64,000 nt of DNA, taken from NCBI GenBank assembly GCA_005881175.1, contig VBEN01000012.1, positions 12,667-76,666 on the forward strand. The letters are read 5' to 3'. A model generated the notes under the pieces. The model worked only from the letters and a program-made list of their open reading frames with translations. It did not search any database and had not been told where the DNA came from. This document shows positions 21,122 through 30,294 of the stretch, one piece after another (position 1 is the stretch's first letter; every line of letters starts with the position of its first letter). A program made the translations under genes and the position numbers. The stretch is from Chloroflexota bacterium. GTDB taxonomy: Bacteria; Chloroflexota; Dormibacteria; CF-121.

Positions 21122-22405
21122 GTGAGATTTAGGCGCCGAATCGTCCTGTTTACGCCCATCACGCTGGCCGCTGGGTTGCTCATCACCGTCACGACCGCGA
21201 GCGGGGCGGACACCCGCTGGACCTCGACGGGAGCGCAGCAACCTGGGACGCCGGACCGGCCGGTGTGGTCGATCGCCGCCGCGCCGGCCCATCCCGCGAT
21301 CCTCTTGATGGCGACCCAGGGTCGGGGGGTATTGCGCAGCACCGACTCCGGTGCTACCTGGACCCGTGCAATCGCGGGCGTCGACGGCGCGTGGGTCGTC
21401 CGCTTCGATCCGCAGCAGCCGTCAACGGCATACGCGGGTACCCAGACAGCCGGTCTGTACAAGTCCGTCGACGAAGGGAAGACATGGACCACGCAGAGCC
21501 AGGGGCTGAACAATCTGGACGTACGGTCGATCGATCTGGCCAGCGGACTCATCGTTATCGGGACGGCGCAGGGGGTCTACTACTCCGACGATGGCGGCGG
21601 CGCATGGCATACCCTTGGCCTCGATACGTTGAGCATCGCGGCGGTGGCCGTCCTCCCCCGGGCCAACGCGTTCACGTTGTTCGCCGGTGCGGACAATGGC
21701 CCCGCCGGCGCCGGGTATCTGGTAAAGACCGAAGGATTGGGTGGGAGCTGGGCGGTAGTCAAAGGAAACTTCCCGGCTGACGCCATCGTCGCGGCGCTGG
21801 CAGTGGCGTCGGCAGCCTCGGGAGGTACCGACCCGCCCGTACTGGCCGGGACCTCGCAAGGCCTCTTTCGCAGCGATGATCGCGGTGTCACCTGGAGTCC
21901 GCTCGCCGGTCTGCCCGTAAGCGACTTCAATATCGCGGCTTTCAATCCGGCCAATCCCGACCAGATCTACGTGGGAAGTGACGGCGATCAGGGCACCGGT
22001 GGCGTGTTTCGTTCGCTGGACCGCGGCGCCAGCTGGAGCACGTTCGGCGCCGGTCTACCATCCAAGCCGCGAATCACCGCGCTCGCCCTCCAGCCGCTCA
22101 ACCCGCCTCAGGTGGTGGCCGCCGCCTGGAATCCGACCGATGGCTCCGCCGGGGCGTATCGAATTGCCGACCCGGCCGCCACGGTGGCCGGGGTTACGCC
22201 CACGACGGCGCCGTCCGCCAGCACAGCGACGTCCGCCACGCCCCGCCCGAGCGCCGCCGGACCGGTCCCGGTCCGACGCTCTAGCGGCGCCCCGGCTTAC
22301 GCCAGCTACGCCGTTGCCACGGCCCTGCTGCTGGCCCTGGTTGCCGTAGTCCTCGCCCGGCGCTGGCGCCTGGGTCGCGACGGCCGCCGCTCCTACAGAT
22401 CGTGA
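21122..22405 (+). CDS. Secreted BNR/Asp-box repeat protein (Ycf48/sialidase-like beta-propeller) with C-terminal TM anchor
   Basis: Signal peptide; six SxDxGxTW Asp-box repeats (STDSGATWT, SVDEGKTWT, SDDGGGAWH, SDDRGVTWS, SLDRGASWS...); Ala/Pro/Thr linker and C-terminal TM helix. Confidence 0.7.
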   Translation: MRFRRRIVLFTPITLAAGLLITVTTASGADTRWTSTGAQQPGTPDRPVWSIAAAPAHPAILLMATQGRGVLRSTDSGATWTRAIAGVDGAWVVRFDPQQPSTAYAGTQTAGLYKSVDEGKTWTTQSQGLNNLDVRSIDLASGLIVIGTAQGVYYSDDGGGAWHTLGLDTLSIAAVAVLPRANAFTLFAGADNGPAGAGYLVKTEGLGGSWAVVKGNFPADAIVAALAVASAASGGTDPPVLAGTSQGLFRSDDRGVTWSPLAGLPVSDFNIAAFNPANPDQIYVGSDGDQGTGGVFRSLDRGASWSTFGAGLPSKPRITALALQPLNPPQVVAAAWNPTDGSAGAYRIADPAATVAGVTPTTAPSASTATSATPRPSAAGPVPVRRSSGAPAYASYAVATALLLALVAVVLARRWRLGRDGRRSYRS

Positions 22406-22532
22406 CCCATTGTTACGAGCGGACCCCCGCCGTTAACCATCTTTTCACCGGTTCGGGCTGGCGGTTGCGGATCGGTGGGACTACCCTCGTGGCTACAGGC
22501 CGCCGAAGGCGGGCCCAGGAGGTCGATCGCGC

Positions 22533-23030
22533 GTGCTCACCACTCGGTCGAGGCGAATGCTGAACGTGGATTCGCCTGAGGCAACGCTCCGCACGCTTGG
22601 CCTTGAGCTTCCAGAGCCGCCCAAGGCCCTCGCCTCGTACGTTCCCGTTCAGCAGGTGGGGGAGCTGCTCTACACCTCGGGGGTCATACCGAGCTGGAAT
22701 GGCGAGGTCCAGTTCAGGGGCGCGGTGGGGGCTGAGGTGAGCCTGAAGGACGCCGCGCGCGCCGCAGAAATCTGTGCCCTGAACATCATGGCACTGGTCC
22801 GCCAGCATGCCGGGTCGCTCGATCACGTCGAACAGTTCATCCAGCTCAGCGGCTTCGTCCGCTCGGCCGCGGGCTTCGAGGAGCAACCGAAGGTCCTCAA
22901 CGGCGCTTCGGACCTGATCTACAAGGTGTTCGGCGAGCGTGGCCGGCACACCCGTCAGGCGCTCGGGACGAGTGAGTTGCCGCTCGGCGTTCCCGTCGAA
23001 ATCTCCGCGATCATCCGGCTCAAGCCTTAG
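22533..23030 (+). CDS. RidA/YjgF/RutC-family protein
   Basis: YjgF fold signature (...GELLYTSG...FIQLSGFV...); GTG start with AGGAGG 10 nt upstream; alternative ATG at 22557. Confidence 0.75.
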   Translation: MLTTRSRRMLNVDSPEATLRTLGLELPEPPKALASYVPVQQVGELLYTSGVIPSWNGEVQFRGAVGAEVSLKDAARAAEICALNIMALVRQHAGSLDHVEQFIQLSGFVRSAAGFEEQPKVLNGASDLIYKVFGERGRHTRQALGTSELPLGVPVEISAIIRLKP

Positions 23031-24480
23031 CTTCGGCCGCCAGCGGCAGCCAGGCGGTAAACGTCGCCCCCTTGCCGGGCTCGCTGTGGGCCTCGATGCT
23101 GCCCTTGTGGATCTCGACGATCGACTTGGCGATGGCGAGGCCCAGCCCTGATCCGCCGGCCGATCCATCCCGCGCCTTGTCGCCCCGATAGAAGCGTTCG
23201 AAGATGTGCGGCAGATCCTGGCGGGAGATCCCGGGGCCAGCGTCCTCCAGCCGGATCGCGGCCCGGCCATCCACGGAGAAGACGCTCCAGCGCTGCTCGG
23301 CACCCGGTGCGTACCGGAGCGCGTTCTGGGCGAGATTCACGACCACCCGCTGGAGCGCCTGTGGGTCGGCGTCGACGGTGAGCCCTGGCCGGAGGTCCCG
23401 AGACTCGACCACACCGTGCTCGCGGAGGCCGAGCTCGTCCAGTGCCTGATTGATGAAGGTGTCGAGCTGGAGTCGTTGGCGAGGTGGCGCCGTACCGGAC
23501 TCAAAGCGTGTCAGGGTGAGCAGGTCGTTCACCAAACGGGTCATCCGACTGCTCTCCTGTTGCATGGCGCGCAGCGACTCATGGAGCGTTTCCGAGTCGA
23601 CATTCTGGCGTCGGCCCAGCACGTCGATGTATCCAGCGATCGACGTCAGCGGCGTCCGTAGCTCGTGCGAGGCATCCGCGACGAAATGACGCATCTCCTC
23701 TTCGGACTGCCGGCGGACTTCAAAGGCCTGGTCGATACCGGCCGCCATCTGGTTGAAAGCGACCGCGAGCTTGCCGATCTCGTCATTCGTGTTCGGGACG
23801 GCAACCCGTTGCTTGTAGTCGCCGGCTGCCAGGGCCCCGGCGGTCGCGGACACCTGCTCCAGCGGGCGCAGCGCCCGGCCGATGATCAGCGGGCTCAGCA
23901 ATAAGGCGACGAAGAGCACCAGGAGGGAACCGATGATGGCCAGTTGCCGATCGGCACGAAGTGTCTGATCGATCTCATCGGTTGGAATCGACAGCTGGGC
24001 GAGCCCAAGTGCCTTGGTTCCGTTTCGGATCACGTTGAGGACGACCAGATGCGTCGAGCCATCGCCGGCCGTCGCGATGTAATACGATTTCGGCTCGCCG
24101 CTGATCGCGTCGACGTACTCCTGGGCCCTTAGGGTGGGGACGTCTTCGGTCGAGCTCAGGGTGGCGGGCGCCTGGGCCACCCGGCCGCCATTGAGGTCGA
24201 AGATGGCAGCCGATGTGTGCCGGGACGCCAGCTGGAGACTGAATTGATTCGAGAGAATGAGAGCGCGCAGCGCGGCAGCCGGACGGTTCACGTTCTGTTT
24301 ACGGAAGGCGGTGAGAACGGCCGCGTACTCGCTCGTCAGTACCTGGGCATTGGTCCGGAATAGGACCTCGCGCGCGGCGAAGTATTGGGCGAAGGCCCCG
24401 ACCAGTAGCAGGACGGCGAGCAGCGCCAGATAAAAAGCTGTCAGGCGCCAGCGTAGAGATCGGAAACGGGCCATGATCAA
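23020..24480 (-). CDS. Sensor histidine kinase (TM-HAMP-HisKA-HATPase)
   Basis: H-box HELRTPLTSI, N/G boxes (GSGLGLAI); two TM helices flank a periplasmic domain. Confidence 0.85.
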   Translation of the reverse strand: MIMARFRSLRWRLTAFYLALLAVLLLVGAFAQYFAAREVLFRTNAQVLTSEYAAVLTAFRKQNVNRPAAALRALILSNQFSLQLASRHTSAAIFDLNGGRVAQAPATLSSTEDVPTLRAQEYVDAISGEPKSYYIATAGDGSTHLVVLNVIRNGTKALGLAQLSIPTDEIDQTLRADRQLAIIGSLLVLFVALLLSPLIIGRALRPLEQVSATAGALAAGDYKQRVAVPNTNDEIGKLAVAFNQMAAGIDQAFEVRRQSEEEMRHFVADASHELRTPLTSIAGYIDVLGRRQNVDSETLHESLRAMQQESSRMTRLVNDLLTLTRFESGTAPPRQRLQLDTFINQALDELGLREHGVVESRDLRPGLTVDADPQALQRVVVNLAQNALRYAPGAEQRWSVFSVDGRAAIRLEDAGPGISRQDLPHIFERFYRGDKARDGSAGGSGLGLAIAKSIVEIHKGSIEAHSEPGKGATFTAWLPLAAEAKA

Positions 24481-24508
24481 CCGCGTCCGCCGTGGCGCGG
24501 CCGGTGCT

Positions 24509-25210
24509 TCATGCTTTGATCCGGTACCCGACGCCCCTCACGGTCTGAATCAACTGATGCTTGCCGTCCCCGAGCTTCTGCCTCAGGTATCGGATATATA
24601 CCTCGACGTTGTTCGCGTCGCCGAAGAAGTTGTAGCCCCAAACCTGGTCGAGGATCCGGTCGCGAGGCAACACCTGGTTGGGATGCATCATCAGCAGCCG
24701 CAGGAGATCGAACTCGCGGGCGGAAAGCTCGATCGCGCGGCCTTCACGGCGGACCTCACGGGTCCCTTCGTCCATGACAACGTCCTGGACCTGCAGTTGT
24801 GGCCCGGCAGTCGGATTCCGCCGGCGCATCACCGCCCGAATTCGTGCCAGCAGCTCGCCGAAATCAAACGGCTTGACCAGGTAATCGTCTGCGCCGACCT
24901 CCAGCCCCTTGATCCGGTCCTGGACCTCGTCTTTGGCCGAGAGGATGATGACGCCCGTATCCTTGTTGCCCCGAATCGCCTCGGCGACCCTGAGTCCATC
25001 GAGCTTCGGCATCATCACGTCGAGCACCACCACGTGAGGCTTGAACTCACTGATCAGCCGTAGCGCCACCTGGCCATCGGGCGCCGTCTGCACTTCGAAT
25101 CCCTCGTACTGCAGGCCCAGCTTGAGGAAGTCCACGATGCTGCGCTCATCGTCGACGACGAGCACTCTCGGGTTGCGGACCGGCGTTGCATCCGGGGCCG
25201 TCTCCGCCAT
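24509..25210 (-). CDS. OmpR-family response regulator
   Basis: REC domain (VLVVDDE...D) plus winged-helix trans_reg_C; start ATG 25210 inferred from conservation (track ORF extends further to 25426). Confidence 0.85.
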   Translation of the reverse strand: MAETAPDATPVRNPRVLVVDDERSIVDFLKLGLQYEGFEVQTAPDGQVALRLISEFKPHVVVLDVMMPKLDGLRVAEAIRGNKDTGVIILSAKDEVQDRIKGLEVGADDYLVKPFDFGELLARIRAVMRRRNPTAGPQLQVQDVVMDEGTREVRREGRAIELSAREFDLLRLLMMHPNQVLPRDRILDQVWGYNFFGDANNVEVYIRYLRQKLGDGKHQLIQTVRGVGYRIKA

Positions 25211-25306
25211 TGCAGCCCCAATATAACGGCGCCTATGGCGAAATCCCAGCTGCGTGAACCGGTTCTCAGCGGAATTTAAGAAAGAGGCCTTGAGTAAGCT
25301 CTTCCG

Positions 25307-26248
25307 GTGCAGCCGGCTGACGCGCCGCGGCGTCCTCCTGTAGCCCGCCGGCGCGCCTGGCTCCTTCCCTCGCTGGTGGGCGGGTACCTGGCCGTGGTCA
25401 CCCTGTTCATGGTTTTTGTCCTGCACCTTTCCGTGTCACCGGAGCGGCTGTTGATCCTCATGCTGATCGCGGCCCTTGTGCTCGGACGCGCAAAGCTCTT
25501 TTTGGCGGACTGGATTCCCTTCCTGGTGCTGTTTCTGTCTTACGAGTATCTGCGCGGGCTGGGCGGCCAGGTCGGGATGCCGATCCATGATGTCACCTCC
25601 CTCGAACGCTGGATCAGCTTCGGGCAGGTGCCGAGCCTGACGTTGCAGCAGGCCTTCTACCATGCGGGCCGGGTGAGCTGGTACGACATCGCCGCCACCA
25701 TGTTCTATTTCCTGCATTTCGCCTTTCCTCTCGGCCTTGGATACCTGTTCTGGATCGTCGATCGGCGGACCTTCTTGAGGTTCTCGCGCGCGTTGATCGC
25801 GATGTCGTTCGCGGCCTTTGTGTTTTATTTATTGCTCCCCGTCGCGCCGCCATGGAAGGCCGTTACCGGCGTCGTGAAGGTCATCGACCATACGCTGCCC
25901 AGCTTTACGGATCTGCCCGGTGTTCCGGTTCCGGCGACCGTCTACCACTGGCTGACACCGAACCAGTACGCGGCCATGCCGTCGCTCCACGCCGCGTTTC
26001 CGCTGCTGGGTGCCCTCTTCGCGTTGCGGTTGTGGGGCCGCCGAGCATGGCTCACGCTGGTGTACACCGCCGGCGTCTGGGTCAGCATCGTCTACCTCGG
26101 CGAGCATTACATCGTCGACATCATCGGCGGCGTGATCTTCGCCCTGGCGGCCTTCTACGGCGAAGACGCGTTCACGCGCTGGTGGCAGCGGCGGCAGGCG
26201 CCCAGGGGCGAACCGGAGCTGGTTACGACCTCCAGATCTTCTTCATGA
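25307..26248 (+). CDS. PAP2-superfamily membrane protein (PAP2_3 / inositol-phosphorylceramide-synthase-like)
   Basis: Polytopic; PAP2-type motifs ...PSLH... and ...GEHYIVDIIGG; divergent from the two-component system. Confidence 0.6.
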   Translation: MQPADAPRRPPVARRRAWLLPSLVGGYLAVVTLFMVFVLHLSVSPERLLILMLIAALVLGRAKLFLADWIPFLVLFLSYEYLRGLGGQVGMPIHDVTSLERWISFGQVPSLTLQQAFYHAGRVSWYDIAATMFYFLHFAFPLGLGYLFWIVDRRTFLRFSRALIAMSFAAFVFYLLLPVAPPWKAVTGVVKVIDHTLPSFTDLPGVPVPATVYHWLTPNQYAAMPSLHAAFPLLGALFALRLWGRRAWLTLVYTAGVWVSIVYLGEHYIVDIIGGVIFALAAFYGEDAFTRWWQRRQAPRGEPELVTTSRSSS

Positions 26249-27596
26249 TGGCGCGGGCCAGCTTGTCGGGATCGTGGTGGGTCGAGATCCGTGGGTTGAC
26301 GACGTCCACCAGCACCGCATGGATGCTGCGCTGGTTGACCGTGGCCGGATCATAGACGACCCGCTTGATGCCGGCCGTTTGGGCCGATGACGGCAACGGG
26401 AAATTGTTGTTGCTGTTGACCACCACGAAGTCGAAGATGTTCGTGTCCATGTGGCTCTCGATGGCTCTGAGGTGGTCGCTGACCCGAAAGGCGTCCGTCT
26501 CACCGGGCTGGGTGGCGACGTTGCACACAAAGACCTTGATCGCGGGCGAGGCCTTGAGCGCCTCGGCCATCCCGTCGACGACGAGATTTGGCAGGATGCT
26601 CGTGTAGAGGCTTCCCGGGCCGACGATGATCATCTCGGCGTTCAGGATTGCCTCTTCGGCTTCGGGGTTGATAGTCGGTTCCGGTTCGAGAAACACGCGC
26701 TTGATCGCCGTGGCGACGGCCCCGTTGCCGTCGTCACCGTTGGGATGCGGAATACTCGACTCGCCGACCCGCGTCTGGCCGTCGGCCATCTCAGCCATCA
26801 GGGTGACGTCGCGTAACGTCGACGGCACGATCTGCCCGCGGACGGCCAGGACCCGCCCGGACTCGCGAATGGCATGCTCGAAGTCCCCGGTGATCTCGGC
26901 CATCGCCATGATGAAAAGGTTCCCGAACGAGTGCCCGTTCAGGCTGCCCTCCTTGAAGCGGTGCTGGAAGAGGGTGGTCATGAGCGGCTCGACGTCGGCC
27001 AGCGCTGTGATGCATTGGCGGAAGTCGCCCGGCGGCAGGATCCGGTACTCGGCACGGAGCCGGCCGGAGCTGCCCCCGTCGTCGGCCACGGTGACGATCG
27101 CGGTCAGGTTTCCGGTGTACTTCTTGAGTCCCCGGAGCAGGGTGGAGAGCCCGGTGCCCCCGCCCAGCGCCACCACCCGAGGGCCCTTCTGGAGAAACCG
27201 GTAGTTGTAAATGATCTCGGACAGGGCCCGGTCCCGCCCCGGCAGGAAGGGGCCGAGGACGGACTGGGTCAGCTTGTAGAGCGCATACAGGATGATGCTC
27301 AGACCGAGGGCAGCAAACAGCCCGCCCCTGACGTACCGGTCCAGGAACTGCAGGGTCAGGTAGTAGAAAATGTGGGGAAGCTGGACGCCGGACCGGTAGA
27401 CGTTGGCCAGGGCATAGCCGATCCCGAGGCTGATGAGGACCATCCCGACCATGAGGAGGACGAGCCAACGTTTGACGTGGAGGCCGGGGGTGAACCAGCG
27501 CACCACCCGGGGGTTCATACGTAAGGGGGCCACCGGCGCCCCAAGCTTAGCACAGCATTTTTTGAACTCATTTGGCACCCATTTCGTTACATCCAT
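26223..27596 (-). CDS. YvcK/CofD-like gluconeogenesis-factor family protein (UPF0052) with an N-terminal two-TM extension
   Basis: LVALGGGTGLSTLLRGLKKYTGNLTAIVTVADDGGSSGRLR is the UPF0052 signature; about 90 extra N-terminal residues with two hydrophobic helices; alternative start at 27518. Confidence 0.8.
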   Translation of the reverse strand: MDVTKWVPNEFKKCCAKLGAPVAPLRMNPRVVRWFTPGLHVKRWLVLLMVGMVLISLGIGYALANVYRSGVQLPHIFYYLTLQFLDRYVRGGLFAALGLSIILYALYKLTQSVLGPFLPGRDRALSEIIYNYRFLQKGPRVVALGGGTGLSTLLRGLKKYTGNLTAIVTVADDGGSSGRLRAEYRILPPGDFRQCITALADVEPLMTTLFQHRFKEGSLNGHSFGNLFIMAMAEITGDFEHAIRESGRVLAVRGQIVPSTLRDVTLMAEMADGQTRVGESSIPHPNGDDGNGAVATAIKRVFLEPEPTINPEAEEAILNAEMIIVGPGSLYTSILPNLVVDGMAEALKASPAIKVFVCNVATQPGETDAFRVSDHLRAIESHMDTNIFDFVVVNSNNNFPLPSSAQTAGIKRVVYDPATVNQRSIHAVLVDVVNPRISTHHDPDKLARAIMKKIWRS

Positions 27597-27692
27597 TGGG
27601 CCCTATGCCGGGCCGCGGAAGCGGGCATATAATCGACGCAGGGTACGGGAGCACTATTCTGACCCAGTTCACGCAGCCTGTTCACAGGGCAA

Positions 27693-27698
27693 AAGGAG
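27693..27698 (+). promoter_or_regulatory. Shine-Dalgarno AGGAGG for ilvE
   Basis: AAAAGGAGGT about 11 nt upstream of ATG 27710. Confidence 0.5.
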
Positions 27699-27709
27699 GT
27701 CGTCCCCGG

Positions 27710-28681
27710 ATGGCGATCAAGACAGAGGGCGTCACCCGCGCGGCTGAGGCCCGCCGGAAGGAGCAGGCGCAGTACTGGGTCTTTCTCGATGGCGAGTTCA
27801 AGCGCTACGCCGACGCTCGGCTGGGCTTGATGACGCACGCCCTCCACTACGGCACCGGTGTCTTCGAGGGGATCCGTGCCTACTGGAGCTCGGAGCACGA
27901 ACAGCTCTTTATCCTCAAGCTGCGCGAGCACTACGCCCGGCTGCAGCGTTCGGTGAGGGTGTTAAAGCTCAAGATCCCGATTTCCCTGGACGAGCTCTGC
28001 CAAACCAGTATCGAGCTCGTCCGGAAGAACAATTTTCGACAGGATATCTACATTCGGCCTTTAGCCTTCAAGAGCTCCGAAGAGATCGGGGTCCGGCTCC
28101 ATAACCTGAAAGACTCGTTTGCCGTTTACGTGACGCCATTTGGCAACTACGTCGACATCGAGCGCGGCATCCGTTGCATGGTGTCGAGCTGGCGGCGGAT
28201 CGACGACAACGCCGCTCCGGCCCGGGCCAAGATTACGGGCATTTACGTGAACTCGGCGCTGGCCAAGACGGAAGCCATGGAGAACGGCTTCGACGAAGCC
28301 ATCATGCTCACGCATGAGGGCCATGTCTGCGAAGGTAGCGCTGAGAATATCTTCCTGCTGCGCGATGGCAAGGTGTTCACGCCGCCCACCTCCGACAACA
28401 TCCTGGAGGGTCTCACCCGGCTCGGCATGATGGAGCTGCTGCGTAACGAACTCGATCTGGAAGTCATCGAGCGATCGATCGATCGCTCCGAGTTGTACGT
28501 CGCGGACGAGATCTTTCTCTGCGGCACCGGGGCGCAGATCTCGCCTGTGATCGACGTCGACCGCCGTCCGATCGGCGACGGCCAGGTGGGTCCGGTGGTC
28601 GGTCGACTCCAGAAACTCTACTTCGACATCGTTCGCGGACGCAACAGCAAATACCGTCACTGGCTGACCCCGGTTTACTAG
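27710..28681 (+). CDS. ilvE: Branched-chain amino acid aminotransferase (fold-type IV PLP enzyme)
   Basis: FLDGEF...A...HALHYGTGVFEGIRAY and class IV aminotransferase core; start set at the conserved ATG with SD (track ORF begins upstream at 27572). Confidence 0.85.
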   Translation: MAIKTEGVTRAAEARRKEQAQYWVFLDGEFKRYADARLGLMTHALHYGTGVFEGIRAYWSSEHEQLFILKLREHYARLQRSVRVLKLKIPISLDELCQTSIELVRKNNFRQDIYIRPLAFKSSEEIGVRLHNLKDSFAVYVTPFGNYVDIERGIRCMVSSWRRIDDNAAPARAKITGIYVNSALAKTEAMENGFDEAIMLTHEGHVCEGSAENIFLLRDGKVFTPPTSDNILEGLTRLGMMELLRNELDLEVIERSIDRSELYVADEIFLCGTGAQISPVIDVDRRPIGDGQVGPVVGRLQKLYFDIVRGRNSKYRHWLTPVY

Positions 28682-28696
28682 CTGCCTGATGCGCTG

Positions 28697-29836
28697 ATGC
28701 GCATCGTCGTGGCGCCCAATGCGTTCAAGGGCTCGCTATCGGCGCTTGCGGCTGCGAAGGCGATCGGCGACGGCATTCGCCTCGCCGACCCGGATGCCGA
28801 CCTGACGCTGGTGCCGATTGCCGACGGTGGCGATGGGACGGTCGATGCCCTGGTCGCAGGCGCCGACGGCCAGCATCGGGTACTGCGGGTGCGCGGTCCG
28901 CTCACCGATCCCGTCGATGCCGACTACGGCGTGATCGACGGAGGCAAAACCGCCGTGATCGAGATGGCGAAGGCCGCCGGTCTGGCGCTGCTGCCGCAGG
29001 ACAAACGGGATCCACGGGTCACGACCACCTACGGGGTCGGCGAACTGCTCCAGCATGCGCACGACGGTGGTGCGCGTCACTTCATCGTGGGTATCGGGGG
29101 CAGCGCCACGAATGACGGTGGTGCCGGCATGGCGCAAGCCCTCGGTTATCACTTGCTCGACGCCCAGGGCCATGAGTTGCCCCCTGGCGGCCTGGCCTTA
29201 CAGAATCTGGCCCGCATCCATGTCGGCGGCGTGCACGCGAACTGGAACGATGCCCAGGTCGACGTCGCCTGCGATGTCACCAACCCGCTGACCGGGCCCA
29301 GCGGGGCCAGTGCCGTCTATGGACCCCAGAAAGGAGCGACGCCGGAGATGGTGGCGGAGCTCGACGCGGCACTCAAGCACTTCGCCGAGATCATTCGAAG
29401 GGACCTCGGGGTGGATGTCGAGCCGCTGCCCGGTGCCGGTGCGGCGGGTGGCCTTGGGGCCGGGCTGGTGGCCTTTACCGGCGCGCGCCTGCGCCCGGGT
29501 GCCGAGATGGTGATGGAGGCGCTCAAGCTGGATGACCGGATCAAAGGCGTCGATCTCGTGATCACCGGCGAAGGCCGGCTCGATTCGCAGACGGCGCGGT
29601 TCGGTAAGGGCCCGGCAGCCGTCGCCCGGCATGCACGCAAGGCTGGCATCCCGGTCGTCGGGTTGGCCGGCGGTATCGCCGATGAAGCCGAGCTTCGGCT
29701 GCTCTTCGACGGGCTCGAGGCAACCGTGGTCGAGCCCTGCACCCTTGAAGATGCCATCGCCCAGGCGGAGCCGCTCCTGCTGCGCGCGGCGAACCGCGTC
29801 ATGCGTTTGCTCTTGGCTGGCCGGCGTCTGGCTTAA
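28697..29836 (+). CDS. Glycerate kinase (GlxK/GarK family)
   Basis: MRIVVAPNAFKGSLSA...IADGGDGT and the C-terminal ITGEGRLDSQT motif. Confidence 0.85.
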   Translation: MRIVVAPNAFKGSLSALAAAKAIGDGIRLADPDADLTLVPIADGGDGTVDALVAGADGQHRVLRVRGPLTDPVDADYGVIDGGKTAVIEMAKAAGLALLPQDKRDPRVTTTYGVGELLQHAHDGGARHFIVGIGGSATNDGGAGMAQALGYHLLDAQGHELPPGGLALQNLARIHVGGVHANWNDAQVDVACDVTNPLTGPSGASAVYGPQKGATPEMVAELDAALKHFAEIIRRDLGVDVEPLPGAGAAGGLGAGLVAFTGARLRPGAEMVMEALKLDDRIKGVDLVITGEGRLDSQTARFGKGPAAVARHARKAGIPVVGLAGGIADEAELRLLFDGLEATVVEPCTLEDAIAQAEPLLLRAANRVMRLLLAGRRLA

Positions 29837-29845
29837 GCCCGACGC

Positions 29846-30280
29846 CTACTGGACGTCGAACTCGTTGCCTTCCGGATCGAACATGTTGACGAAATACTCG
29901 CCGCGCTCTTCCAGGCTCCTCGCCTTTCGTGCGCCGAGCCCGATCAACCGTTCCACCTCCGTGTCGATCAGGCGGCGTCGCTCCTCGGGGGGTCCGGTCC
30001 TCGGCCCGCCCACGTTGAGGTCGAGGTGGACACGGTTCTTGACCGTCTTGGGTTCGGGCACCTGCTGGAAGTAGATCCGTGGGCCGCCGGCGTCCGGGTC
30101 CACCACGGCACTGGCCGAGTTCCATTCGCTTTCGGGGATGCCCTGAGCCTTCAAAAACGCTTGCCAGGTGTCAAAGCCGGGCGGCGGATCCTGCTTCTTG
30201 TAGTGCAAGGCGCCGGCCCAAAACGTCGCTAACCGGTCGGGATCCGCGCAATCGAAAACGATCTGCACCGCGGTCGCCAT
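29846..30280 (-). CDS. VOC (glyoxalase/bleomycin-resistance fold) family protein
   Basis: MATAVQIVFDCADPDRLATFWAGALHY... is a typical VOC N-terminus; start chosen at the internal ATG 30280 (track ORF extends to 30553); lies 14 nt downstream of the sigma gene. Confidence 0.65.
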   Translation of the reverse strand: MATAVQIVFDCADPDRLATFWAGALHYKKQDPPPGFDTWQAFLKAQGIPESEWNSASAVVDPDAGGPRIYFQQVPEPKTVKNRVHLDLNVGGPRTGPPEERRRLIDTEVERLIGLGARKARSLEERGEYFVNMFDPEGNEFDVQ

Positions 30281-30294
30281 CGGGCCAATATTAG

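Noticed and set aside
28686-28712. Inverted repeat GATGCGC-TGAT-GCGCATC between ilvE and the glycerate kinase gene
   Set aside because: It overlaps the glycerate kinase start codon and has no T-tract; more likely coincidental, or a minor translational element, than a terminator.
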